The position numbers and the translations under genes were made by a program. DNA of 64,000 nucleotides from Candidatus Woesearchaeota archaeon (GTDB lineage Archaea > Nanobdellota > Nanobdellia > Woesearchaeales > ARS49). The DNA lies in contig JAWCLR010000001.1 in the NCBI GenBank assembly GCA_038850615.1, positions 16,637 through 80,636 of the forward strand, read 5' to 3'. The notes under the pieces are model-generated. The model had not been told where the DNA came from. It saw nothing but the letters and a program-made list of their open reading frames with translations, and searched no databases. Below, in pieces: positions 38,084 through 47,723 of the stretch (position 1 is the first letter of the stretch; the number at the start of each line of letters is the position of its first letter).

Positions 38084-40294
38084 ATGCTCGTGTCTGGCTT
38101 TTCGCCTAGGCTGTATCAGGAAACGATTCTTGCCACTGCAGCAACCAAGAACACTCTTGTTGTTTTGCCAACAGGGATGGGTAAGACTGCGATTGCTTTT
38201 ATGCTTGCCGCACAGAGGCTTCAGCATTTTCCTTTGTCAAAGATTGTTGTTCTTGCGCCAACAAAGCCTTTGGCAGAACAGCACTTGCAGTCGTTCAAGG
38301 AGCACTTGCAGCTTCCTGAGGAAATGTTTGTTTTGTTCACGGGTGAAGTGCCTCCTGCAAAAAGGCAAGAGTTGTGGAAGACGGCAAGGCTGGTTTTTAC
38401 GACACCGCAGGGGCTTGAGAATGACGTGCTTGGCTCAAAGATTTCTCTTGAGGATGTTTCATTGGTGGTTTTTGATGAGGCGCACAGGGCAACGGGAGAT
38501 TACAGTTATAACTTCATAGCAAAACAATATCATGAAAAGGCAAAACATCCAAGGATTCTCGGCCTCACAGCGTCTCCTGGTTCTGACGTTCTTAAGATTG
38601 AGGAAGTGTGCAAGAACTTGTTCATTGAGGCTGTTGAAATCCGCACTGATTCTGACCCTGACGTGCGCCAGTATGTGAAAGAAACAGAAATAAAATGGAT
38701 TAAGGTGCCCTTGCCTGCTGAGTTTCTTGATGTTAAGAAATATCTTGAGTTGTGCATAAAGAGCAAGCTCGCTTCTTTGAGAGAGCTTGGTGTTGCAAAG
38801 CCTGTTGATTATTTTAGCAAGAAAGATCTTCTTAGCCTGCAGGCAGAACTGCATGCAAAACTTGCTGCTGGTGAGCGTGGCTTTGAGACAATGAGGGCTT
38901 TGTCATTGGCAGCAGAGGCAATGAAGGTCCAGCACGCTTTGGAATTGTTGGAAAGCCAGGGAAGCACTGCCTTGTACAAGTACCTTGAAAAATTAATGTC
39001 AGAAGCAGAAACGAGTAAAGTCAAAGCTGTCAAGAATCTTGTCAAGGACTTGAACTTTCGTTCTGCATATGTCAAGACGCAGAAACTTGTTGATGAAAAA
39101 ATAGAGCACCCAAAGCTCGCAGTGGCAAGAGGAATAATTGCAAAAGAAATTGCTGAGAACAAGCATGCCAAGATTCTTCTTTTTACGCAGTTCAGGGACA
39201 GCGCTGTAAAAATCAAGGAAGAGATTGAGAAAGCAGAGGGTGTTGTTCCTGCGATTTTTGTCGGCCAGGCAAAGAAAGGCAACACCGGTCTCAGCCAGAA
39301 AAAGCAGGTTGAACTTATTGAGCAGTTCAAGGATGGGCTTTACAATGTTTTGATTTGCACAAGCGTGGCAGAAGAAGGATTGGACATTCCTCGTGTTGAT
39401 CTTGTTGTTTTTTACGAGCCAATTCCTTCTGCAATAAGGACAATCCAGCGCAGAGGCCGCACAGGACGGCAGGAAAAAGGCAAGGTTGTCGTCCTTATGG
39501 CTCAAAACACAAGGGATGAGGGCTACAGGTGGAGCGCGCACCATAAGGAAAGGCGGATGCACAGGATCCTTGATGATTTGAGAAAGGACTTGAAAAGACG
39601 CTTTGCGCACCCGTTGATGAGGTATGAAAAGCCAGAACAGCCGGCAATTGTTTTTGCTGACTACCGCGAAAAAGGCTCTGGAGTCCTGAAAGAGCTTGTT
39701 AATCTTGGAGTATCATTAAAGCTTGAAATGCTCCAGGTCGCTGACTATGTGCTCTCACCGAGGTGCGCTGTTGAGTTCAAGACTGTTGAGGACTTTGCGC
39801 AGTCAATTATTGATGGCAGGCTCCTTGAACAATTGAAGCAGATAAAGCAACATTATGACCGTCCTGTGATTATTGTTGAGGGTTCACAGGACCTGTTTAA
39901 GGTAAGGAATATCCACCCTAATGCAATCCGCGGAATGCTCGCAACAATCGCTGTCAGCTATGGCATCCCAATAATTTACACAAAGGACGCAAAGGATACT
40001 GCTGCTCAATTGTTGGCTATTGCAAGGCGTGAGCAGGAATTCCAGAAGGAAACATTTCAGCCTCATGCAGAAAAGCCAGCAGCGACATTGCAGGAGCAGC
40101 AGGAATACATTGTTTCAAGCCTGCCAAATGTTGGCTTGAATCTTGCAAAAGAACTTCTTAAGCATTTTAAGTCTGTAAAAGGAATAGTCAACGCTTCAGA
40201 AGAGGAGTTGAAAAAGGTTGAGGGTATTGGCGAAAAGAAGGCAAAATCAATCAAGGATGCTGTGGAGAAGGAGTATCAGGAAAAATTGCGATAA
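38084..40294 (+). CDS. hef: Hef helicase/nuclease (FANCM-like SF2 helicase + ERCC4 nuclease + HhH)
   Basis: PTGMGKT, DEAH, TASPG, QRRGRTGR, ADY..VEFKT..D, HhH VEGIGEKKA. Confidence 0.95.
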   Translation: MLVSGFSPRLYQETILATAATKNTLVVLPTGMGKTAIAFMLAAQRLQHFPLSKIVVLAPTKPLAEQHLQSFKEHLQLPEEMFVLFTGEVPPAKRQELWKTARLVFTTPQGLENDVLGSKISLEDVSLVVFDEAHRATGDYSYNFIAKQYHEKAKHPRILGLTASPGSDVLKIEEVCKNLFIEAVEIRTDSDPDVRQYVKETEIKWIKVPLPAEFLDVKKYLELCIKSKLASLRELGVAKPVDYFSKKDLLSLQAELHAKLAAGERGFETMRALSLAAEAMKVQHALELLESQGSTALYKYLEKLMSEAETSKVKAVKNLVKDLNFRSAYVKTQKLVDEKIEHPKLAVARGIIAKEIAENKHAKILLFTQFRDSAVKIKEEIEKAEGVVPAIFVGQAKKGNTGLSQKKQVELIEQFKDGLYNVLICTSVAEEGLDIPRVDLVVFYEPIPSAIRTIQRRGRTGRQEKGKVVVLMAQNTRDEGYRWSAHHKERRMHRILDDLRKDLKRRFAHPLMRYEKPEQPAIVFADYREKGSGVLKELVNLGVSLKLEMLQVADYVLSPRCAVEFKTVEDFAQSIIDGRLLEQLKQIKQHYDRPVIIVEGSQDLFKVRNIHPNAIRGMLATIAVSYGIPIIYTKDAKDTAAQLLAIARREQEFQKETFQPHAEKPAATLQEQQEYIVSSLPNVGLNLAKELLKHFKSVKGIVNASEEELKKVEGIGEKKAKSIKDAVEKEYQEKLR

Positions 40295-40324
40295 TTTTGT
40301 CCCTCTGCTTTCCAAGGGCATGAC

Positions 40325-40768
40325 ATGGACTTAAAGCGCAAGGAAAAGATTAATCCAGAAAAATATTATGCAGATGCAAGTATTTGGATTGATATTTACG
40401 AAGACAGAAAAGGATATAATAATGAGCTGTTTGGCGATTATGCGCTCAAGTTTTTCCCAATCCTGAAAGCACAAGGCAAAACATTGGTGATTACAGACAT
40501 TTTGTTGAAAGAACTGGAGTCATTTTATTCTTTAGAAGAAATAAAGGGAATGATAAAACCCTTCGAGAAAATAATCGCGCGCATTATATCAACAAAATCA
40601 CAGCGTGAAGAAGCGCGCTCAATCGCAAAAGAACGCCAGATTCCTCCGGGCGACGTATTGCATGCAATCCTGGCAAGAGCCAACAAGCTCATTCTTATCA
40701 CAAGGGACAATCATTTCAGAAAGCTTGCAGACCTTGCTGAACATTACCTACCTGAAGAACTGATTTAA
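40325..40768 (+). CDS. PIN-domain (VapC-like) protein
   Basis: YADASIWID, E, GDVLHA and ITRDNHF acidic PIN residues. Confidence 0.9.
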   Translation: MDLKRKEKINPEKYYADASIWIDIYEDRKGYNNELFGDYALKFFPILKAQGKTLVITDILLKELESFYSLEEIKGMIKPFEKIIARIISTKSQREEARSIAKERQIPPGDVLHAILARANKLILITRDNHFRKLADLAEHYLPEELI

Positions 40769-41013
40769 CCGAGCTTCTCAAACGCGGTTCTGCGCACTTT
40801 TTCGTATTCTTCTGCGCTGATTTTTTTCCTGGCTGCACCTTTCAAATGCGCAATTTCAAGCATTGCCTTTTTCATTTTTATCTCATCAAGCTTTTCCCGC
40901 AGTGCATTCCTGATAAACTCAGTTCTGTTCTGATAGCCCTCTTTCTCAACAACATCATCAACTGCCTTAAGGAACTTGTCCTCAAGCTTCAGCGTAATCA
41001 TCTCCGTAGCCAT
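40765..41013 (-). CDS. Ribbon-helix-helix (CopG-family) regulator, putative antitoxin
   Basis: ITLKL...L..VD..V...GY.NRTEFIRNALRE. Confidence 0.9.
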   Translation of the reverse strand: MATEMITLKLEDKFLKAVDDVVEKEGYQNRTEFIRNALREKLDEIKMKKAMLEIAHLKGAARKKISAEEYEKVRRTAFEKLG

Positions 41014-41229
41014 ATAGCCAGAGTATATGCTTTGAATATATAAGCTTTGCGGAAGAAACGTAAGAAATCAACTTTAAAGTGAACGGTTATAAGCTAAAAA
41101 TATTTTGTTTTTCTTTTATGAACAAGAACTGGTATTTGCTCGCAGGCATTTTTGTAATACTTGCAGGCCTTGTACGGAATCAGTCTTTTACTTTTGATAA
41201 TCAAGTTTATTGTGGATAGAATGCGTTAA

Positions 41230-42078
41230 TCAAACTTTTAATTCTTGCAATCTCTTTATTCGTTCCTGTGTTGGTGGGTGGGTGCTGAAGAGTGCAACAA
41301 GCCCCCTTGCGCTGAACGGGTTCACGATGAACAATGAGCTTGTTGTTGGGTTGCCTCCGCGCATGGGATAAGCCCTGCATCCGTGCTCTAGTTTGCTTAA
41401 TGCGCTTGCGAGTGCCTGCGGGTCCTTTATTGTGCGCGCTCCTGTTGCGTCAGCGTGGTACTCTCTTGCTCTTGAGATTGCGAGCTGGATTATCAACGCG
41501 ATTATTGGCGCGAGTATTGACATTACTAGGAGTCCCAAGAGTTTGCCCATGTTGTTGTTCCTGTCGTTTCCTCCACTGAACAGGGCTGCAAATCTTGCCA
41601 TGTACGCCAAGTAAGAGATTATTGCTGCCATTGTCGCTGCTATTGTTGAGATTAGCATGTCCCTGTTTTTCACGTGAGCCATTTCGTGCGCCAAAACTCC
41701 TTTGAGTTCCTTGTCGTTAAGCAAGTGCAGTATTCCTTCTGTGACAGCAACCGCTGCTTTTTTTGGTGATGGTCCTGTTGCAAACGCGTTTGGTGTTGGT
41801 GTTGGTATTATGTAGAGCGCGGGTTTTGGCATTCCTGCCTTGTGGCTAATGTCTTCAATCATGTGGTGGAGTTTTGGATACTCGCTCTTCTTTGCAGGCC
41901 TTGCCCTGTACATCAAAAGCACAAGCTTGTGTGAGAAAAAGAACATTCCAAAATTCATGAGCACTGCAAATGCCAGCGCTATTGTCAGTCCTGACGTGCC
42001 TCCGAAAAAGTATCCTATGCCAAGGACTAAGCCGGTCATTAATCCCAACAATAGTACAGTCTTAATCTGGTTCCACAT
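41230..42078 (-). CDS. htpX: Zinc metalloprotease HtpX
   Basis: PNAFATG, HEMAH, SRAREY.AD, FSTHPP..ERI. Confidence 0.96.
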   Translation of the reverse strand: MWNQIKTVLLLGLMTGLVLGIGYFFGGTSGLTIALAFAVLMNFGMFFFSHKLVLLMYRARPAKKSEYPKLHHMIEDISHKAGMPKPALYIIPTPTPNAFATGPSPKKAAVAVTEGILHLLNDKELKGVLAHEMAHVKNRDMLISTIAATMAAIISYLAYMARFAALFSGGNDRNNNMGKLLGLLVMSILAPIIALIIQLAISRAREYHADATGARTIKDPQALASALSKLEHGCRAYPMRGGNPTTSSLFIVNPFSARGLVALFSTHPPTQERIKRLQELKV

Positions 42079-42102
42079 AGTTCTAGCACACTTTTTTGGG
42101 GT

Positions 42103-42468
42103 TTAAATAGGTTGTGAATTTTGCCTTTGCACGTAATTATACAGCCCTTCAATCTGCCTCAGGTCTGTCTCCTTGAACAAATAATTTCTGAACTTGTCGT
42201 TGATTTTTACGCCGTGCTTTTGAAGCTCTGAGCGAAGGATGGAATAAAGTTTTTTTCCTTCTTTGTCAAGGTCTGTCAGAATCATGCATTCGCGCGTAAG
42301 TTTTGCTACGAGCTCAACCACTTTGTACAACGGCTTTCCGCGAAGTGAAATCACGTTTTCCAATCCGAGCCTGCGCAATGATGCCTTGTCTTTCCATCCT
42401 TCCACTATTATGAATGGTTGTTCTTCTACTAACTTGTCAATCCACTGGTCAAGTTCGTTCATTGACAT
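42103..42468 (-). CDS. Stand-alone TOPRIM protein (RNase M5-like)
   Basis: IIVEGWKD and ILTDLDKEG. Confidence 0.88.
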   Translation of the reverse strand: MSMNELDQWIDKLVEEQPFIIVEGWKDKASLRRLGLENVISLRGKPLYKVVELVAKLTRECMILTDLDKEGKKLYSILRSELQKHGVKINDKFRNYLFKETDLRQIEGLYNYVQRQNSQPI

Positions 42469-42510
42469 AAACTATATATAGGAAGTTCTTAAGCATTCTG
42501 GCGGGGGAGT

Positions 42511-43863
42511 ATGATTCATTTAAGCACGCTGTTAAAGCATTACAAGCGAAGGGATATTCAGGAGGAAATCATTGAAGCAGCAAAGGACAAGGAGGTTGCT
42601 GTCAAGTATGGCGACAAGGGTTTTGGAAAGCGGCCTGATGTTCTCCAGCACGAGAAGGACGTTCTTGAATTTGCAAAGAATGGTGCCACAAGTTTTCATT
42701 GTTCAGAGGAGTTGTGGCATAATCCATTGCAGTTGGAGATCGGGATGAAGAAGCAGGAGCTTGACGCTCTCAGGAAAGGCTGGGATTTGGTTCTTGACGT
42801 TGACTGCCCTTGGCTTGAGTACTCGCAGATTGCTGCAGACCTTCTCGTGCATGCATTAAGATATCACGGCATTGAGCATCTCGGCGTGAAATTCTCAGGC
42901 AATCACGGGTTTCACATTGCCGTGCCTTTTGAGGCATTGCCTGAAAAGGTTCACAACAAGGATACAAGGCTTTTGTTTCCTGATGGTCCGAGGAAAATTG
43001 CGGTTTATTTGCAAGAGATGATTCGCAATCATTTGTCATCGAGAATTCTTGAAGGCGAAAACATAAGCCAAATTATGGCAAAGACAGGTATGAAAAAAGA
43101 GGGGTTGCTTAAGAAAGGTTTTTTTGATCCTTTTGCGCTGTTGAAGATTGACACGGTGCTCATCTCGAGTAGGCACATGTACAGGATGCCTTATTCCTTC
43201 AACGAGAAATCAGGACTGATCTCGATTCCGATTAATCCCAAGAAAATTTTGGAGTTTGACAAAAACATGGCTGTTGCTGAAAGAGTAAGCGTTGAGCATT
43301 CCTTCCTTCCACGAAAACAAGTGAATGCGGGAGAAGCTAGCAAGCTTTTGATTCAGGCATTTGATTTTCACCCGCCTGCAAACAGTCTGATCGAAGCGCC
43401 AAAATCATTAAGGCAGAAGGAAGAATTCTCAGTGCCATTGCAGGCAGTTCCCGAGCAGTACTTCCCGCCTTGTATACAAAACATAAGCAAAGGGCTGAGT
43501 GATGGAAGGAAGCGCGCTGCGTTTTTGCTTATCAATTTTCTCTCAAGTCTTGGATGGAATTATGAACAGATAGAATCTTACTTGAGAAGTTGGAACAGCA
43601 GAAATCCCGAACCTTTGAGGGAGCAGTATTATCTTGGGCAGTTGCGTTATCATCAGCAACAGAAAAAGCAGGTATTGCCGCCAAATTGCTCCAACAAGGC
43701 GTATATGGCAGGGATGGGGGTGTGCAAGCCGGACTCATTCTGTGGGGCACGTGGAGACCCTTTATCGCAGGACTTCTCTGCAAAAATCAAGAACCCTGTC
43801 AATTACGCTCTTAAAAAACAAAGGTTAGCCAGTTTAACAAAAAAATCAAAAAAAGGAGAATAA
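42511..43863 (+). CDS. Fused archaeo-eukaryotic primase PriS-PriL (DPANN type)
   Basis: PriS motifs WDLVLDVD, KFSGNHGFH and RMPYS; PriL C-terminal FPPCI..PPNC..C..C. Confidence 0.88.
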   Translation: MIHLSTLLKHYKRRDIQEEIIEAAKDKEVAVKYGDKGFGKRPDVLQHEKDVLEFAKNGATSFHCSEELWHNPLQLEIGMKKQELDALRKGWDLVLDVDCPWLEYSQIAADLLVHALRYHGIEHLGVKFSGNHGFHIAVPFEALPEKVHNKDTRLLFPDGPRKIAVYLQEMIRNHLSSRILEGENISQIMAKTGMKKEGLLKKGFFDPFALLKIDTVLISSRHMYRMPYSFNEKSGLISIPINPKKILEFDKNMAVAERVSVEHSFLPRKQVNAGEASKLLIQAFDFHPPANSLIEAPKSLRQKEEFSVPLQAVPEQYFPPCIQNISKGLSDGRKRAAFLLINFLSSLGWNYEQIESYLRSWNSRNPEPLREQYYLGQLRYHQQQKKQVLPPNCSNKAYMAGMGVCKPDSFCGARGDPLSQDFSAKIKNPVNYALKKQRLASLTKKSKKGE

Positions 43864-43936
43864 GTTAAATAGTTTAACTCCTTCATTCCAGCTCGACAGC
43901 AAGCTTTATAAACACCCCTCTAAAACTCAGCTTTAT

Positions 43937-44054
43937 CTGACTAGCCTGAAAAGGAGTTTTTCAGTACATCGTCAGTAAAGTGGGACAACTGGCTTCTACG
44001 AAAACTCCGCAAAAGGCGTTTTGTCGGAATGAGGTGCGGTAATTCTATCGCACC
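43937..44054 (+). promoter_or_regulatory. Structured 5' leader of the rpl3 operon
   Basis: Nested stems CTGAC/GTCGG, GCCT/AGGC, GGAGTTTT/AAAACTCC, GTCAGT/ACTGGC, then hairpin GGTGCGGTA/TATCGCACC; TTTATAAA upstream. Confidence 0.5.
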
Positions 44055-44083
44055 AGGAAACAAAACAAGAGAGAAAAGGCTCT

Positions 44084-45058
44084 ATGCCGCGCGTAAGACA
44101 ACCAAGAAGGGGATCAATGCAATATTGGCCGCGAAAGCGTGCTAGTTCCACCCATGCTTCCATAAGGACATGGAATCCCACAAAGGATGCAAAGCCCCTT
44201 GGTTTTGCCGGCTACAAGGCAGGCATGACCCACCTGATTGTTACCGACAACAAGGCGACAAGTGCCACAAAGGGCGAGCCGATTGTGATGCCGGTGACAG
44301 TCGTTGAATGCCCGCCCTTAAAGGTTGCTGGCATCTGCTGTTACCGGCTCCACAACAACCGCCTTGTTCTTTCAACGCAGGTCTGGGCTGACAAGCTTGA
44401 AAAGGATCTTTCGCGCGTTCTTCCGATTCCCAAAAAAACAAAGACAAAAATTGCTGACATTAAGCCAGAGGATTACAAGGAATTCCGGCTGCTTGTCCAC
44501 ACGCAGCCAAGGCTTTCAGGGCTCAAGAAGACGCCTGAAGTATTTGAAATTGGCATTGGTGGCGATGCAAAGCAGCAATTGGAATACGCCAAGGGCATCC
44601 TCGGAAAAGACCTAAAGATCACAGACGTCTTCGCAGCAGGACAGCAAGTAGACAGCCATTCAATAAGCAAGGGAAAGGGGTTGCAAGGTCCTGTCAAGCG
44701 CTTTGGAGTTTCAATAAGGTCACATAAGTCAGAAAAGACAAAGCGAGGCCCAGGGGCCCTTGGGCCATGGCATGGCAACCTCAATTGGCCTGTTGCGCAC
44801 GCTGGCCAGATGGGCTACCATCAGCGCACAGAATACAATAAATGGATCTTGCAGATTGGCGATGATCCTACAAAAATCAATCCTGCAGGCGGATTTCTCC
44901 ATTACGGCAACATCACTTCGCCATACGTTCTTATCAAGGGTTCTGTTGCAGGTCCTGCAAAAAGACTCATCAAGCTAACAACACCGTTAAGGCCCAACAA
45001 GCACATTCCAAGGGAGGCACCGGGTATAACGCACATCAGCGTTTCCTCAAAGCAATAA
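44084..45058 (+). CDS. rpl3: 50S ribosomal protein L3
   Basis: PRRGS, GFAGYKAGMTH, GQMGYHQRTEYNK. Confidence 0.98.
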   Translation: MPRVRQPRRGSMQYWPRKRASSTHASIRTWNPTKDAKPLGFAGYKAGMTHLIVTDNKATSATKGEPIVMPVTVVECPPLKVAGICCYRLHNNRLVLSTQVWADKLEKDLSRVLPIPKKTKTKIADIKPEDYKEFRLLVHTQPRLSGLKKTPEVFEIGIGGDAKQQLEYAKGILGKDLKITDVFAAGQQVDSHSISKGKGLQGPVKRFGVSIRSHKSEKTKRGPGALGPWHGNLNWPVAHAGQMGYHQRTEYNKWILQIGDDPTKINPAGGFLHYGNITSPYVLIKGSVAGPAKRLIKLTTPLRPNKHIPREAPGITHISVSSKQ

Positions 45059-45059
45059 A

Positions 45060-45866
45060 ATGGACCTGACAATACGTTCGCCAACAAATGCAGAAGAGGG
45101 AAAAAAGAAGCTCCCTCCACAGTTTTCAGAACAGATAAGGCCTGACATAATAAAAAGAGCTGTGGAAGCAATTTGGAGCCATAAGCGTCAGCCTTACTCA
45201 AGCGACCCTTGTGCTGGCAAGAAAGCAAGTGCAAAGCTCTCAAGGCGCAGAAGGGATTACAGGGGCGGATATGGCCACGGCATTTCAAGGGTTCCAAGAA
45301 AAATACTGAGCAGGAATGGAACACAGATGTATTGGGTTGCGGCAAACGCACCAGGAACAGTCAAGGGTCGCAGGGCACACCCACCTGTCAGCTCAAAGAT
45401 ATGGCGACAGAAAATAAATGAAAAGGAGCGCAAAAAGGCAATCCGCAGTGCGCTTGCAGCAACAATCAGCAGGCAACACGTGATTAGCCGCGGTCATGCA
45501 GTACCTGTCAATTACCCATTCATCATAAGCAATGCATTTGAATCATTGGAAAAGACAAAGGATGTTATTGCGGCGCTTGTCAGCCTAGGACTTAAGGAGG
45601 AGCTTTCCCGCTCGGCCAAATGGAAAATCCGTTCGGGAAGAGGAAAAATGCGCGGCAGGAAATACAGGAGCGCCATAGGACCCCTTCTGGTCGTCGGAGG
45701 CCAATGCAAACTGCTAAAGGCGGCAGGCAACATTGCAGGCATTGATGTTGCAGATGCCACGCACCTCAATGCATCGCTCCTGGCGCCAGGAGCAATGCCA
45801 GGCAGACTAACACTCTTCACTGCAAACGCAATTGACAAAATCGCAAAGGAGAGGCTGTTCCAATGA
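45060..45866 (+). CDS. rpl4: 50S ribosomal protein L4
   Basis: IRPDII, GRRAHPP, LAPGAMPGRLT. Confidence 0.97.
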   Translation: MDLTIRSPTNAEEGKKKLPPQFSEQIRPDIIKRAVEAIWSHKRQPYSSDPCAGKKASAKLSRRRRDYRGGYGHGISRVPRKILSRNGTQMYWVAANAPGTVKGRRAHPPVSSKIWRQKINEKERKKAIRSALAATISRQHVISRGHAVPVNYPFIISNAFESLEKTKDVIAALVSLGLKEELSRSAKWKIRSGRGKMRGRKYRSAIGPLLVVGGQCKLLKAAGNIAGIDVADATHLNASLLAPGAMPGRLTLFTANAIDKIAKERLFQ

Positions 45867-46129
45867 AATTCGCTGACGCAACCTCGGTTATTAAGTATCC
45901 CATTTCAAGCGAAAAGGCAATCCGACTTATGGAGGCAGAAAACAAGATGGTGTTTGCTGTTGACATAAGGGCAGGAAAGCCTGACATCAAGAGGGCTGTG
46001 GAAGAATTGTTTAAGGCAAAAGTAGTAAGCGTCAACACACTTGTCACAAAAGGGCAGAAACGGGCTTATGTGCGCTTCAGTCCTGAAACGCCCGCGATTG
46101 ACATTGCCACAAGCCTGGGGCTGATGTAA
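45863..46129 (+). CDS. rpl23: 50S ribosomal protein L23
   Basis: SEKA, VNTL, KRAYVR. Confidence 0.97.
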   Translation: MKFADATSVIKYPISSEKAIRLMEAENKMVFAVDIRAGKPDIKRAVEELFKAKVVSVNTLVTKGQKRAYVRFSPETPAIDIATSLGLM

Positions 46130-46131
46130 AA

Positions 46132-46845
46132 ATGGGAAAATCACTAATACAGCAGGCAAGGGGAAAGGGCGGTCCTGCATACCGCGCTCTCAGCTTCCGA
46201 TACAAAAGCGACTCAAAGCTGCGCGCACCAACGGAAAAGCTGTTGCAAGGTACTATTACTGACTTCGTGCACTGCCCTGGACACAGCGCACCATTGGCGG
46301 AAATAGAGTACGAAGATGGTGAGACTTGTTTGCTGATCGCCCCTGAGGGTGCAAAGATCGGCGACAAGGTATTCATTGGCGCTGGCGCAGAAATAGCTCC
46401 AGGAAACGTGCTTTCCCTAAAAGACATCCCTGAAGGGACACCTGTTTACAACATCGAGCTCCAGCCTGGAGACGGTGGAAGATTCTGCCGCAGTTCAGGG
46501 GTTTTCGCAAGAATAGTTGCAAAGACAGCCAATTATGTCACGCTCCTGCTTCCGAGCAAAAAGCTCAAGAATCTGCATGCGGACTGCCGCGCAATAGTCG
46601 GCATCGTTTCAGGTGGTGGAAGGGTAGAAAAGCCATTCCTCAAAGCAGGCACAAAACACCACAAGGCAAGGGCAAGGAACAAGCGCTACCCGCGCCAGAG
46701 CGCAGCAGCCCAAAACGCTGTTGACCATCCGTTCGGAAACAAGCGCACAAGCAGGAAGGCAAAGCAGCGTGCAGTGGGGCACTTCGCGCCGCCGGGAAGA
46801 AAGGTTGGCAAGTTCTGGCCCAAGCGCACAGGAAGGAGGAAGTAA
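46132..46845 (+). CDS. rpl2: 50S ribosomal protein L2
   Basis: MGK..QARGKG, NAVDHPFG, PPGRKVG. Confidence 0.97.
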   Translation: MGKSLIQQARGKGGPAYRALSFRYKSDSKLRAPTEKLLQGTITDFVHCPGHSAPLAEIEYEDGETCLLIAPEGAKIGDKVFIGAGAEIAPGNVLSLKDIPEGTPVYNIELQPGDGGRFCRSSGVFARIVAKTANYVTLLLPSKKLKNLHADCRAIVGIVSGGGRVEKPFLKAGTKHHKARARNKRYPRQSAAAQNAVDHPFGNKRTSRKAKQRAVGHFAPPGRKVGKFWPKRTGRRK

Positions 46846-46848
46846 AGA

Positions 46849-47229
46849 ATGCCAAGGGAATTCATGTTCCGCGGAAAAAAACTGGACGAGCTAAAAGCAA
46901 TGGATATCCAGCAGTTCATGAATCTCCTGCCTGCAAGGGCGAGAAGGAGTCTCAAGCGCGGGCTCACCGAACAGGAAAAAATACTGCTCAAAAACCTGCG
47001 CGCAGGCGAGAAGGACCCGAAGACACACTGCAGGGACATGATAGTGCTGCCGGAAATGCTCGGCAGGCTGATAAAAATCCACAACGGCAAGGAATACGTC
47101 CCTGTGATGATAGAGCCTGAAATGCTCGGCCACAGGCTTGGTGAATTCGCGCAGACAAGGAAGAAGGTGTCGCACTCAGCGCCAGGAATCGGCGCAACCA
47201 GGTCAAGCGCGTCGCTCAGCGTGAGGTAA
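46849..47229 (+). CDS. rps19: 30S ribosomal protein S19
   Basis: THCRDMIVLPEM, GHRLGEF. Confidence 0.97.
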   Translation: MPREFMFRGKKLDELKAMDIQQFMNLLPARARRSLKRGLTEQEKILLKNLRAGEKDPKTHCRDMIVLPEMLGRLIKIHNGKEYVPVMIEPEMLGHRLGEFAQTRKKVSHSAPGIGATRSSASLSVR

Positions 47230-47234
47230 AGATA

Positions 47235-47723
47235 ATGACAACGTACCATTACACAACCAAAGCATCTGCAAATGAGGCAAAGGCGGTCGGGATAGCCCTG
47301 CCTGTCTCTTACAAGCAATCCTACGAGGTTGCTAAATTCATTCGTGGAAAGAATGTGCAGCTCGCCAAGAAAATGCTTGAGGATGTCATAGCGATGAGAA
47401 GGCCTGTACCGATGACGAGATTCCACCGCGACACAGGGCACAAGCACGGGATGGCTGCAGGCAGGTTCCCCATAAACACCTGTACGCACATCCTAAAGCT
47501 GATTAAGAATGCAGAATCAAATGCACAATTCAAGGGGCTCAGCACAGCCAACCTGATTGTCAGACACGTGGCAGCCCAGCGCGGACCCACAAGCTTCCGC
47601 TATGGCAGGCACAGGCGGAGGCAAGCAAAGCGCGCGCATATTGAGATAATCCTCAGGGAGGAATTCCCACGGGGCAAAGAAGCAGAAAAAAAAGCATTTG
47701 AACAGAAAGGAGCAAAGAAATGA
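47235..47723 (+). CDS. rpl22: 50S ribosomal protein L22
   Basis: VSYK, GRFP, NAESNA. Confidence 0.96.
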   Translation: MTTYHYTTKASANEAKAVGIALPVSYKQSYEVAKFIRGKNVQLAKKMLEDVIAMRRPVPMTRFHRDTGHKHGMAAGRFPINTCTHILKLIKNAESNAQFKGLSTANLIVRHVAAQRGPTSFRYGRHRRRQAKRAHIEIILREEFPRGKEAEKKAFEQKGAKK

